64,000 bases of DNA from contig NC_086097.1 in the NCBI RefSeq assembly GCF_963921235.1, forward strand, positions 45,138,001-45,202,000, read 5' to 3'. Source of the DNA: Mobula hypostoma. Lineage: Eukaryota. Below the pieces are notes generated by a model. It ran no database searches. It saw only the letters and a list, made by a program, of their open reading frames with translations, and was not told where the DNA came from. Positions 40,849 through 53,442 of this stretch are shown here, one piece after another; positions within the stretch are counted from its first letter, which is position 1; every line of letters begins with the position of its first letter. A program made the position numbers and the translations under genes.

Positions 40849-40873
40849 TAAAGTAAGTGATTGTTTTTTAGAA

Positions 40874-41162
40874 GGTGGGCATGTGGCCAAGTGGTTAAGG
40901 CGTTGGACTAGCAACCTGAAGGTCATGAGTTCAAACTCCAGCCAAGGAAACGTGTTGCGTCCTAGAGCAAAGCACTTAATCACTGGTGCCAAGCTGTATG
41001 GGTCCTAATGCTCTAATATTGGTGTCGTGGAGAGGGGAGACTTGCAGCATGGCAACTGCTGGTCTTCCATACGACCTTGACCAGGCCTGCGCCCTGGAGA
41101 GTGAAAACTTTCCAGGCGCAGATCCATGGTCTCGCAAGACTAACGGATGCCTTTATTATTTA
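40874..41162 (+). mobile_element. tRNA-derived SINE with Pol III A and B boxes
   Basis: TGGCCAAGTGG (A box) and GAGTTCAAACT (B box) in a tRNA-like head, then an unrelated body and a (TTA)n tail. Confidence 0.75.
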
Positions 41163-41654
41163 CATTAAAAAATCTTAGTAATGACAAGGATATTAAACTC
41201 TAATACTAAAAGGAATTTGTGTGGAAAATATCAGCAATATCCAGTCACATTATTTCATACTAGGTTTATCGTGTTAGGAATATTCTGTCAATACAACTGA
41301 CTGAATATAATAAACATTGGACATTTTTTACAGAGCATATTTCCCATAGATGTATGAGTTTATTTTAACTGTGGCCCTTATACATCAGAGTTGGAAATAT
41401 ATTGATGGTTCATATCTAGGTTCCATCACTGATCACAGCAGTATTGAGAATTTTTTTTCACTGTTTTCCATTACTGGTTTATGATTAGGATGGAAACTGA
41501 AAGAAACACTTGTATTTCTGCAGTGGAATTCAGGCATTGGTCCCACCAAGACCCACGTTGCCCTGACAGACTTTTACTACAAACTGAATATTTTTGAAGT
41601 GTAATCTCTCCCATGATGCTGAGATACAGTAGGATTATAATTCAACTATTCATT

Positions 41655-42330
41655 ATTGGACTCGTATTCAGAAGTCAGAATTATTGGTCTGGAGACATGT
41701 TTGAACCTCACCACAGCAACTCAGGAATTTTAATTTATATACTTATTAAAGCTGAAAATTGTAAGTCATAAAAATAGCTGGATTGCCAAAAAGCAATTTG
41801 ATTCACTAATGTTCTGTAAGGAAGGAAATCGACCAACCTTAACGAGTCTGACCTTTAGGTGGCGTTGGATTAAATAGCCAAATAAGCCATTCAGTTCAGT
41901 GATTAATTACGGATGGACAGTAGAAGCTGGCCTTGTTAGTGATGTTGACTTTGCATGAGTAAGTACATTTAAAGAGTCCAACAGCTAGTTATCACCCAGC
42001 AAGTCTGTGGAGCTGCAGTGTAATTACAGCCAAATCGTCCGGTTTTGTGCTGCTGTTTGATGTGTAAAAATCGACCAATACACCTGGGAAACTCAGACAT
42101 GATCTAAACCAGAATAATGCCAGAGATTTTTAAACCACCCATCCGGGGGGGGGGTGCGCGCGGGAGGCATCACCTCATCAGAGGGACAGAACTTTCAATA
42201 ATGCTGCAACCTCTCAATGCTAATAGTAAAGGGTGAAACTTGATTTTTGCCTATTGGTCCCTGGAGTGGGAATTGAATCCACAACCAACTCATTCAAGAT
42301 TGAATCTGTTTTCCAGGCACCTCTGCTAAT
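41655..42330. mobile_element. Ancient SINE remnants (an L2-tailed SINE on plus, a DeuSINE/SacSINE1-like copy on minus)
   Basis: Recalled resemblance of cctggagtgggaattgaatccacaacc and gctggccttgttagtgatg to these families; not verified by alignment. Confidence 0.4.
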
Positions 42331-44990
42331 ACAATTGCTAAAAACATTGTGACAGTATGTCAATCTTCCTTGCTAACTCTCTAGATGAGAAACAAATCAG
42401 AGAAGCACTGCAGCAGGAACATTTATTATAATTCTACTATATTATCAGATCTTTGCCACTGTATCTTTGGTCTCTGTGACCAACAACTCATTCTTTGTTA
42501 AATACAAGTAGATAAATGTAAGTAGTTTTTTGTCTTTTTTTAAAAAATTGGGTCAGTTGGGTTTCTTGCTTTATGGCCGCATGTAAGCAAACAAATTTCA
42601 AGGAGTATAATTTATACATTCTTTGATAACAAGGTGCTTTGAATCATTGAACTGAGAATGATTATCCGGTGTGACAATGCTATCCTATAATTTGATAGGT
42701 CTTTCTGCAGATACTCACAAACATTAACTTGCATTTTATGAATGTCTTTAATATAATTACAACATCCTAAATTCCTTCATCAAGCTATAATCGGATACAA
42801 ATTAATCTGGAGTCAAAGCAGAAGGCACTTAAAAAACTCTGAAGCAATTCTTCATCAAAACGAGTGGTGTTAGGTGGGATCTGAAAGGTTTTAGGAGGAG
42901 GCTGGAGAACAATGGTGTTTGAGAAGGATGAAGACTCTGCTGCCAACTCTAAGGATGTCGGTGGGGGGGTGTTTGGTGGAAGAAAATTTTGTGAAAGTGA
43001 CTGGAGTGGAGAAAAGTAGAATTTTCAGACATTTCTAAGGCAGGAGGAAATTACAGAAATAGGAAGGTGCAAGATCAGAGAGGACTTGAACGTCAGTGTG
43101 ATGGTTTTAAATTTATGGCATTAGCAGGATCAGTCAGTGACGAAAGTGGCAGGAAAGTAAAATGCAGTGTGTAACACTTCATTGTAATGTTATACCTGAA
43201 CAATAAAGCTCATTAAAAACTTTGAAGCTGGGTAGGAATTATGCATTAATTGGAGCAGCCTTCTATGTCTATGTTTCTGAGACAGAAAGATGGCTCCTTA
43301 ATTAGCATTTTAGTGTGGAGCTCCAAACTTCAAAACAAGTGAAAGCAAGTATTGTTTCTTAGCCTTGAGGAAGATATTGAAAAATTAAGGAAAGAAAATA
43401 ATTGTACAAGGTTTCTGTTATTCAAATGAAATACTAATATAGTTAGCATTGGGTTTTGAACAAAAATGTTATGAAATAGAAATTGGAGAGATTTGAAAAT
43501 CAGAATGCTTCTTCAGCTAACTGACATGCGACCCTCTCAGTAGGATCAGTTATAATATTCCAGTACAGCAATAATACATTCCATTCACTTCCCAAACCTC
43601 AACAAACCATTACATCACCACATCTGGCTAGCTTTGACATGCTTTGTTTTATTGTTTTTATCAATGAAAGCCCACCTGTTTTACATACCAGACATGTCTC
43701 TCAAATTCCCAAAGTACAAAGTAAAATTTATCTAAATGAAGTGTGCATCTGAAGGAAAAGGGTGAATGTATTTTATACGAGGTATACTATCTGCGTTCCT
43801 TATACAAGTAACAATTTAGCCTGCCTTGGAGTCCTACGGTTTATCAGGCACAGTATCACCAGAAACTGGTTGAACACAGTTTTCCAAACACATAAATGAA
43901 ATTTAAATATAATCAATCTTCTGGATTGATGGGCAAATTGGAACAACTACCGTAACTGAAAATATTCCAGCTATGTATCTGTTAAAGTTGTTTCTTTTTT
44001 TTTGGAGATCTCAACAATATAAAAAGATAATTAAGCTCATTCAATGTTTAATGTAGTAGCTTTAGTTTTGTTATATCAACAGTCATGTGTAACAAAATAA
44101 TTTAATATATCTCAGATACTGTAGCACACTGATACAAAATATCCATTCTTGTCAAAAATACATTCAACTGAAGCCCCAGAAATGCAGTAAAAATTTGTAA
44201 AAGTAATAATTTATTTAGCTTTAATCTGTTGATAGTTATTCTTTTGTAATATTAAGATCATACTAGGGATGAGATTGCCCAATGGATAGCAAAAGGATCA
44301 GACTAGAGCCAATAGCAGACGTATTCCTGAAATGAAAGAAACTCCTATTCTTCAATAAACCTAATTGCCTTCAGAATCCAAATTTCTCTGATCACTTACA
44401 TGTCAAACCTCTAGTTAAGGCACATTTAATTCTACTTGCAGATACTTTCTTCAAACAGAGCAGATTATTTTTCAAAAATAACCTTGAACAATTCCTATTT
44501 CACAAGTAGTAGAAATAAAGAAATGGTTTCTCTGTTATCTACAGCCTAAAAATAGCAAATAATACTCATAAGATGACATTGATCAAATAACTCCAGCCAA
44601 AAATACACAAACGTGAAGAAAGCAAGGAAGAATTCTTTGTATTTATCACCAAGACCTCTATTGGGACGCTGAGTGATGATCTGCACCATAAATCATGGGT
44701 TAAAGAAACACATGAACAATAAATGCTCTCCTCCAGTTAGATACACTGTATTGTGTTTGATGTCATTTTCTCTTCCAGAATTGCTTGGAGTATAACAAGA
44801 GAAAAGCAACTTTGCAAACACTCCTCTAGTTAATGCAATCAATTTGTTTTGCTCCTTCCTTTATTTCAAAATGCAATGGCTGCTATTGGCACTCCGTTAA
44901 CAGTGCAGAGAAATGTTGAAAAGGATTAATACATGCTAGCAGAGTCCACTGAAGAAACTTCTATTTAAACTGATTCCATGGAAACCTCAC

Positions 44991-45041
44991 CTTTTAGTAG
45001 TTTTATTCAGGTTAGACAAACTAGTCAGACACCCTTGCCTG
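44991..45041 (-). CDS. eml1: Candidate EML1 cassette exon, 51 nt, phase 2-2: (S)RQGCLTSLSNLNKTTK(S)
   Basis: Pyrimidine-rich tract, tandem TAGCAG acceptor, donor AAG|gtgagg. Open and frame-preserving between two phase-2 junctions. Confidence 0.6.
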
Positions 45042-47129
45042 CTACATCCAGAGATGAAGTGCAGAATGGAAAGAAAAATGCAGAAGGAAAATGAATATTA
45101 TGTAGAAAATAAAAAATAAATAAATAAAAAAACATACGATATTGAAAACAAATGGTCATAAATATACAATAATAATATCTTTAAGAAAGCTGACAATGAA
45201 AATATTCAAAGCATTAACCTTGGTGTAGTGAAACACAAAAATTCTCAGTGGTCTATCACAACAGCATGAAGATGGTAAGTAATTAAATGCAGCAATGACA
45301 TAGCACAGTCATTAAATGGCATGAGCCGTGAATATATGGTTTTGCAATGCAGTGTGACCCAAATATTTTGTGGTTTTCTAGCTTGGGTTCCTGGAATCCT
45401 GAGGAAAGATAAAGTGGAATATACTAGCAGTCTAAATCATGGACTGATGAATCACAGAACACAAGAAGGCTACATTGCCTATACCAGCCCTTCATTCCCA
45501 TGTCTTCCCAGTACCTCTCCCCTTGTCCCCATTGCCCTGAAAATCCTGCTGTTTTCAAGTATATATCCAATTCCATTTTGAAAGTTAACATTAAATCAGA
45601 ATTTGCCTCTTGCTTATGTTGTATATTCCAGACCATGGCAAATGTCTGTAGTAGAAATATTCAATTCATTCTCATCATTATTTTGTCGACCACTTAAAAC
45701 ATTTTTCTTTGCTTACTTACCCACCTCTCAATTGAAATAGTTTTTTGGTATCTTACTTTATCAAACACCTCGCATTTTCAACATTTCTACTGAATGTTCT
45801 CATTCCTTTCTTATCTATCCAGATGGGGACATTGCTAGTAAGGTCAGCATTCATTGTCCACACCTAATTGGGAAAGGTGGCAGCAAACTTCCTATCTGAT
45901 CTTCTGCAGCTCCTATAGTGACAGCTCGGGAAAGAGAACATTTTTAGCTTTCCAATTTCTCAATGCAGCTATTTTCCCTCATTCCTGGGTTTCTTGTACT
46001 TGGCACTATTCCAATAAATCCCTGGACCATCTCCAAGGCAATGACATCCTTCCTAAAGTAGAGTTCACAGATTTGGATACAGTAAGCCAGCCAGTGATTC
46101 CTGGAGGTTTAGCCGAAAACATTTGTTTGATTAACTGGCATTGAGCTATTTAATCTAAACTTAATGACAATTCAAAGCAAGTTTCTCTTTAAGCATGTGA
46201 ATTACAGGCAAGGTAATTGCTTTATTTTTGGATTATGGGGAATTATGGCTTAAGAAAGAGAAATCCAGCTGCTGGCAGTTGCTCAGAGCCGGTACGTGTG
46301 GCTTAGAATGTCTAACATGAGGGTTAGGGTTAGTGTGAGAAAGAGACATACAACACATGTTCTTGTATGCTTGACTGTGCTCCATCTGGAGAAATGAAGT
46401 GCTGCAATTAGACGCAACCTCCGACACCCACTCACTGCAGAAAATTGGGGCCAAAGGCAACATTTTGTCTCTGTAACAAAAGTGCGGACAGATTGAAAAT
46501 GCATCGTAGAACTTCCGGATTGATGAGGAATTTCATCACAGTTTCTTACAAACATCTTAATCAGTAACACCTGAAAATATAGAAGGGTTTTTAAAATTCT
46601 AAATGCAGAAGAATGGAAGGATCATTTGAAAGCCCTTTAATAATGCCACAAAATGCCGTTACTTAATAATTCATGATAATTATCTGAAATCAGCTTCCTT
46701 AATAATGACTCAATTTATATGACAGGAAATATTATCTTGAGGAACAAATTAAAAGCTATGTCCTTTTTCAATGAACCTATCCAATATTTATTTAACCATC
46801 TGTAACACCATTTACCTCTTAATCCTGTTCTGCCAGTTGTTAAGGAAAAAAAATTTAACAATCGAACAGTTTAGCCTGATTTTAAAAAGGACTAAGGCAT
46901 GATTAATGGCATTTAAAAATACTCTGCTGTAGTGTAAAGGTATGCCCACTCCAATCTAAAACCTTTCAGCCTGAGTGCTTGTTTTCAAAGTAAAGCTATT
47001 CTGCACATTTGAATATAAAGTTATTAAAATACTACACAGGGTCCAAATCAGCCAGGAATAAATTTATCCTTGTAAATTCAACGTAAACTCTTCTAGGATG
47101 AAAAAATTAAGCTTCTTTTTAAATTTTGC

Positions 47130-47385
47130 TTAGCAGCTAGCATAACACTATTTCAGTGCCAGCGGCTGGGTAAAATTCCACCGCTGCCTGTCAGGCGTTT
47201 GTACGTTCTCCCCGTGACCGTGCGGGTTTCCTCCAGTTGCTCTGGTTTCCTCCCACGGTCTAAAGGTGTACGAGTTAGTAGGTTAATTGGTCACGTGGGT
47301 ATAAGTGAGTGACAAGTGCTCATAGGGGAACAAGGGCCTGTTACCTTGCTCTATCCCTAAATAAATAAATAAACAAACAAATACA
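47130..47385 (+). mobile_element. tRNA-derived SINE (HE1-like)
   Basis: gtttgtacgttctccccgtgacc..ggtttcctcccac core and a (TAAA)n tail. Confidence 0.75.
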
Positions 47386-49134
47386 TAACATTTGCATCAT
47401 GTAACAGTTATTTAAAACATTTTAAGGACAGCTTCATGAACACAGCTAACAGAAATAGTCCTTGTCTTTGCAAAAATTCAGTCATAAATGAAATCTCAAA
47501 AATCTCTGGGTTTTCTGAGCACCTGTATTTACTAATTGTTAAAGCCGTTAAGCCCAGGAGTTCTCTGCTTGGTCCTGTTGCGTTGATTGTGGCCGACGCA
47601 TGTTTCCTGTGTTCTATGATTATTTAAAGGGGACTCTCGTTATGCTCTGCAAGTGTCGTCCTACTGTGTGTAGAATAACTTCATTAACCTTGCGGTACAA
47701 TAACCTTGCGGTGTCATTCGCTCGTGCCTCCAATGCTCTGTTGGTATTTCAATGTCTAACCTCTTGTTTCTGTCTTTTCTTGGGGAGTCTGCTGTCCCCC
47801 CGCTCCCGGCTTGAGTCGTTGTGAGCGTTAACTGTGACTGATGCTGCCATCTGCCGCAGCTGGGTTGAGTCAGTGCCAGTGACCACTCTGACAGTCTGCT
47901 GTTCCTCCACACCTGGGTCCAGCTCTGCAAGCGTGCACCATGACACACTCAGACACTGGGATTGCAATGTGCTTTACATACAAATATTAAATGTGAAACT
48001 GAGTTAACCTAAAACACAGTTACCTTCTCTTCACATTTACTAAGGCTGTGGATTTATGTCATGGAATGCAACGTTTTCTCAATCTTCCTCTCTGCACTTG
48101 ATAACCTTGACTTATTTCAGCTCTCCTACAAAACATTTGATGCATTGATGTGGAAAAAATGGTTTCTGCCCTTCTCTAATCGCCGATTGATTTTACTGCT
48201 TCAAGGCCAGTTAGGAAGAAAAAATATTACTTGGTTAGTCACCTAGAGGCCACCTAGAGAAAATGTGCAATATGAATCAGAGAGCAACTTATAAGAATAC
48301 CTTTTTAATTTAAAATAACTATACAGTAACATACGTTGAGAGGAAGCTATTGAATCATTCTAAGAATAAATATCTCAATAAGAACATAAGAAATTGAAGC
48401 AAGAGTAAACTGGCTCCACATGTCTACTCCAGTGTTTAATAGATCATCACAAATCTTCTATATCAGTACCACTTTCCTGAACTCCAGAATTCTCCCTTTA
48501 CTTGATGTCAAATATTGATCTCTGTCTTGAATAAAATCAGTGACTGATCCTCCCCAGTCTCCTAGAGTAGAGAATTCCAGAAATTCAAATCATTTTGGAT
48601 CAAGAAATTTCTACTTTTCTCAATCCTTCACTTTGAGATCGTGTTCCCGTTACAGACATCAAAGGTAGGGAAAGGTGGCATTTGCATTAATCCTGTCAAA
48701 CCTAGTTGGAATTTTCAATGCAATAACTTTATATTCTTCAGAATCAGAAGCAGACATTCGCTGTACTTTTGTCTTGCAAATCAATCTGGTGACATTTTGC
48801 TGTATAGGCAATGCAAGGGTACCGTATAAAATCCAATTCCTGATGCTTATCCAACAACTGGATACTTCTGATACTGGATATTGCAAATGAACCTATTGCA
48901 CCTTCAAGGATGGAGAAGATAAAACTTTTAAGGAAATATATCTGATTAACTACCCCATGGCTGCTTGGACATCTAACTTTCTTTTACTGAGAAATTCAGA
49001 AATTATTGCTAAAATAATTGCCTAATAATTCTACAAGATAAATAAAACTGATGGGAGCTAATGGTCTAAACATGCTCAGCCTTCCAGTTAACACTTTGCA
49101 ATGTCAGTTCCAACATGCCTTTGCGATCAGTTTT

Positions 49135-49873
49135 CAGACATCCCACCCTGCAAAAACTCATTTCAGGGAGGTAGCACCATCAATTTGCGGGAGACTTCTG
49201 GGAGAGGTGGGATGTCTGCAATAGAGTAGTTCCTTAGCAGCCAGCCAGCTAGTTTAAATAACGTTAGCTATGCTAATGAACGAATAACACCTGTTAAACT
49301 CACCTCAACATGTCTTGTACAGTCTTAACCCACCATGGGCAATAGAAAAGTCACCGTTGCAACAGTGCAGCGAGCAACACTGTCATTATTTTGACCCCTA
49401 TTAGTATAGTCTGGGGTGACGTACATTTTATATTTTCTTTTTTTGGAACTCTCTGCAACTCTGACTTTTTTTGGAACTCTCTCGCTCGTGGTCGCTCTCA
49501 CTCGCGCTTGCTTTCTCGCTCTTGCTTTCTCGCTCTCACTCTCTTGCGCGCTTGCTTTCTTGCTCTCACGCTCTCTCTCTAGTGGTCGCTCTCACTCGCG
49601 CTCGCTCTCTCGCACTTTCTTTCTCGCTTTTGCTTTCTCACTCTCACTCTCTTGCACGCTTGCTTTCTCGCTCGATCTCTCTCTCGTGGTCGCTCTCACT
49701 CGCGCTTGCTTTCTTGCTCTTGCGCTCGCTCTCTCGCTCTCTCTCGCACGTTCTCTCACGCCTGCTCTCAAAAAAATCAATTTCCGGGACATTGTATATA
49801 ATTTGCGGGCATCAGGGAGCCACTATTAATTTGCGGGAGACTCCTGGAACTTCCGGGAGAGGTGGGATGTCTG
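49135..49873. mobile_element. Non-autonomous DNA transposon, 13-bp TIR CAGACATCCCACC, 6-bp TSD AGTTTT
   Basis: TIRs at 49135-49147 and 49861-49873. AGTTTT at 49129-49134 and 49874-49879. Internal (CTCGCT)-like low-complexity tract at about 49475-49770. Confidence 0.85.
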
Positions 49874-50580
49874 AGTTTTCATCTTTAATCTGCTGCAGAT
49901 CAATCCATGCTCCCCCCACCCCCACAACACAAACCCATTTTTATTTGCACGTTTGAAAACAAATCTTAATATAGATAAAGAGCAATAGATCTCCCACGAA
50001 TCAGCTTAATCAGCATTTTTACCAAATGGAATCATTTACTCATTTGCTTTTTAAATCAGTCCAATTTCTCATCCATTCACAAATTTTGATACAAGATGCA
50101 AGACTGCTTAATGTCATTTCCTGTACACAAGGAGAAGGAGAACAACATAATTGTTACTCTGGATCCAAAGCAGCATGAGAAAAACACAAAAGATAAAGAA
50201 CACAATGATAATTAAAAAAAACATACAATATTAATACATCAGATAGCTTATCCACTATACTGAACTTTATCAAATACTGTTAGGACGTTTGCATGATGCC
50301 AGCATAGGACGTGACTCAGTTACGTCCTCAAAAGAGGTAGTTAGACATGGTCTTCGTTGACTGGATGCTGACAATGATAGGGAGCACCTCCAGAAGTAAC
50401 CTAAAAAACCTGAACCAAGCATAATAACAAGTTTGAAAAGGACTCAGTGGAAATTTGGCAACTGATAGAATGTTTAATACAAATAATGAGTTCATTTAGA
50501 TATAAAGTGATTTAAGACATATGAGGTATTACAGTGCACATGATGAAGATTATTAATTACATCTGCTACTTTGTTTTTAC

Positions 50581-50710
50581 CTTTTGGTTGCTGATGTTAT
50601 ATCCTTCCTGGTTCCAGAGGGAGATGGTAGAGAGCCGCTTATTTTCTTTGGTAGTACTGTTCCATTGTTAACTGTAGGTCTTAATGGCAGGGTTTGCACT
50701 AAGGGTCTCG
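50581..50710 (-). CDS. eml1: EML1 exon: (A)RPLVQTLPLRPTVNNGTVLPKKISGSLPSPSGTRKDITSATK(S)
   Basis: ttgcag| acceptor, |gtaaaa donor, 130 nt, phase 1-2. Matches the EML1 basic linker. Confidence 0.95.
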
Positions 50711-52471
50711 CTGCAAAGCAAGCAAACATATCACTACTGCCTGTGCAGTTTGGTTCTTATAGTAAGTAATATTAATAGTCTACAATGCAATGATTACAGC
50801 CTTCACAGCTGTTTTAATTTAGGAGATTAAATGCGTTCATATCCTCTGTAAGAAAAGCACACAGGTGGTGATGAGTTGCTTTAAGTTTCTAGCTTACCAT
50901 GTTAAAACAAGTAAATCTAAAGTGGTGGGTTAGCACTCATCAGAACCATTCTCTGAAAGATTTTCTTCATGAAGGTTCACCAAAAGCATATTGTATCATA
51001 AGGTGCATTTCACTAATCTTTATATTTTAGGATTTGTCTCCTGAGAGGCTTTGAACCCATTTTGTAAAGGGCTTTCTGCCCTGTAGCATTACAACCAGCA
51101 ATCAGAAGTCCATCTCTTTGATACTTGAGAGGACCAACTAAGGCAGGGAAGCAGCTCAGAATAAACAAGGCTGACAGTGAAAAATCTACCTAACCTTTGG
51201 CAAACAGTTGTTCATGTTAAGCTTTCCTTGCAGTAAACAGACCCCGAGGCATTGCCAGGGGGTAAATAATTACCTGGATAACATTACTTTCAGAAGTTCA
51301 CTCTGAGGCATTCCAATGCAAGTGCAGTTTTCAGTAATATTCCACTAGAGAAGGTTTGTGATCAACAGGAACTGTACCCTGATAGGATGGGTCACAGCAA
51401 TAATATCCACAACCAGCATGAAGATCTCCATTTACAAAATTTGGGTCGCATTTACTGTCACATAGAATAGGGTCAGTTCAACCAGTGAAAATTGTGGTCG
51501 GGGATAAGAATTTAAATTGGACCACTTTTGGATGATACACATAATCAATGCAAACACGCGCATACTTGTAACTTTCTGGAAAGATTGAACAGGCTTTCTC
51601 CCCCAGAAATGTTTAGACTGATGAGTGAACTCAGGATGATGAAAAAGCTTGAAAGAGTCGTCGGCTATGAGGGAACAGCTGCTGCTTTACAGCACCAGAG
51701 ACCTGGGCTCAATCCTGATTTTGGCTGTTTCTGTCGTTGTGAGGTTTCTTTCCTAGTTTGAAGATTGGCTTTGTACATCAAAACGTCAAAGCGTACAGTG
51801 AAATACTCTGCTCTTCCATCACAAAGATGCACGGGTTGTAAGTTGGCTGGCTGCTTCAAAGAGTTCCCAGTGTGTGAATAAATAGAAGAATCTGTGGGAA
51901 TTGGTGAAAGATTATTACAATTGTATGGTTGACAGCTAGGATGCACTTGATGGACCAAAGGGCCTGTTTCCATGCTGTGTCTGTCTATAACTTAAAGAGA
52001 GTATTCTTCCTTTTGCAGACAAGACCAAACCAATGAGTCACAACCGAAATCCAATATATCCAAAAGGAAATGGTGGAGGAACTGCTTTAGATTATAAAAT
52101 TGGCTACCACAAGGTGCGGATTTGCATGGATCCATTTGAGGGGTAGTTGGATAAACAAATGAGTGAGGGAGAACATGCTGGCGGAATTAGACGAAAACTC
52201 ATATTAAGCAGAAACCCCAGCACAGCCATAATGAGTTAATGACAGTTTCCAAACCATAGAAACAATATAATACTTCATGCTAGCATTCATAATTTCAAAT
52301 GTGCTCCTTAGAAGGTCTTTGAATTTATAAGTCTAATTTTTAGCCTTGGCACCAGCAGTCCAAATTAAATAAAAATGTCTCTTGACCTTTTCCAAAAGGT
52401 TTCAGGATACTTTGTTTAACTGACATTTCCCTTTTTTTTTACCATTACATCATTTCAATAGGAAGAGGCGC

Positions 52472-52507
52472 AGTCGACGTTTCAGGCCGAGACCCTTCGT
52501 CAGGACT
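52472..52507 (-). ncRNA. Minimal type I hammerhead ribozyme motif (PLE type), sense to the eml1 pre-mRNA
   Basis: AGUC-CUGACGA-AGG(GUCUCGG)CCU-GAAA-C-GUC-GACU: helix I AGUC/GACU, CUGANGA core, helix II AGG/CCU, GAAA and a GUC cleavage triplet. Confidence 0.8.
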
Positions 52508-53406
52508 AACTGAAGGAAGAGTGAGTAAGGGATTTGAAAGCTGGAGGGGGAGAAGGAGATCCAAAATGATAGGAGAAGACAGGAGGGGGAGGGATAGAGC
52601 TGAGAGCTGGACAGGTGATAGGCAAAAGGGGATACGAGAGGATCATGGGACAGGAGGTCCGGGAAGAAAGACGGGGGGGGGGTGACCTAGAGGATGGGCA
52701 AGAGGTATATTCAGAGGGACAGAGGGAGAAAAAGGAGAGTGAGAGAAAGAATGTGTGCATAAAAATGAGTAACAGCTGGGGTACGAGGGGGAGGTGGGGC
52801 CTAGCGGAAGTTAGAGAAGTCAATGTTCATGCCATCAGGTTGGAGGCTACCCAGACGGAATATAAGGTGTTGTTCCTCCAACCTGAGTGTGGCTTCATCT
52901 TTACAGTAGAGGAGGCCGTGGATAGACATGTCAGAATGGGAATGGGTTACACATTTTAATTCCACATCCCATTCCCATTCTGACATGTCTATCCACGGCC
53001 TCCTCTACTGTAAAGATGAAGCCACACTCAGGTTGGAGGAACAACACCTTATATTCCGTCTGGGTAGCCTCCAACCTGATGGCATGAACATTGACTTCTC
53101 TAACTTCCGCTAGGCCCCACCTCCCCCTCGTACCCCAGCTGTTACTCATTTTTATGCACACATTCTTTCTCTCACTCTCCTTTTTCTCCCTCTGTCCCTC
53201 TGAATATACCTCTTGCCCATCCTCTGGGTCACCCCCCCCCCGTCTTTCTTCCCGGACCTCCTGTCCCATGATCCTCTCGTATCCCCTTTTGCCTATCACC
53301 TGTCCAGCTCTCGGCTCTATCCCTCCCCCTCCTGTCTTCTCCTATCATTTTGCATCTCCCCCTCCCCCTCCAGCTTTCAAATCCCTTACTCACTCTTCCT
53401 TCAGTT

Positions 53407-53442
53407 AGTCCTGACGAAGGGTCTCGGCCTGAAACGTCGACT
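53407..53442 (+). ncRNA. Minimal type I hammerhead ribozyme motif (mirror copy)
   Basis: Identical motif on the plus strand. Confidence 0.8.

Noticed and set aside
40874..40945. tRNA gene
   Set aside because: It has A and B boxes, but no convincing acceptor stem and it continues into a SINE body.
49391..49956. Leu/Ser/Arg-rich ORFs
   Set aside because: They translate a (CT/CG) low-complexity tract inside a MITE.
50280..50400. Extra exon after a ttttttag acceptor
   Set aside because: It hits a stop in the required phase-2 frame and has no convincing donor.
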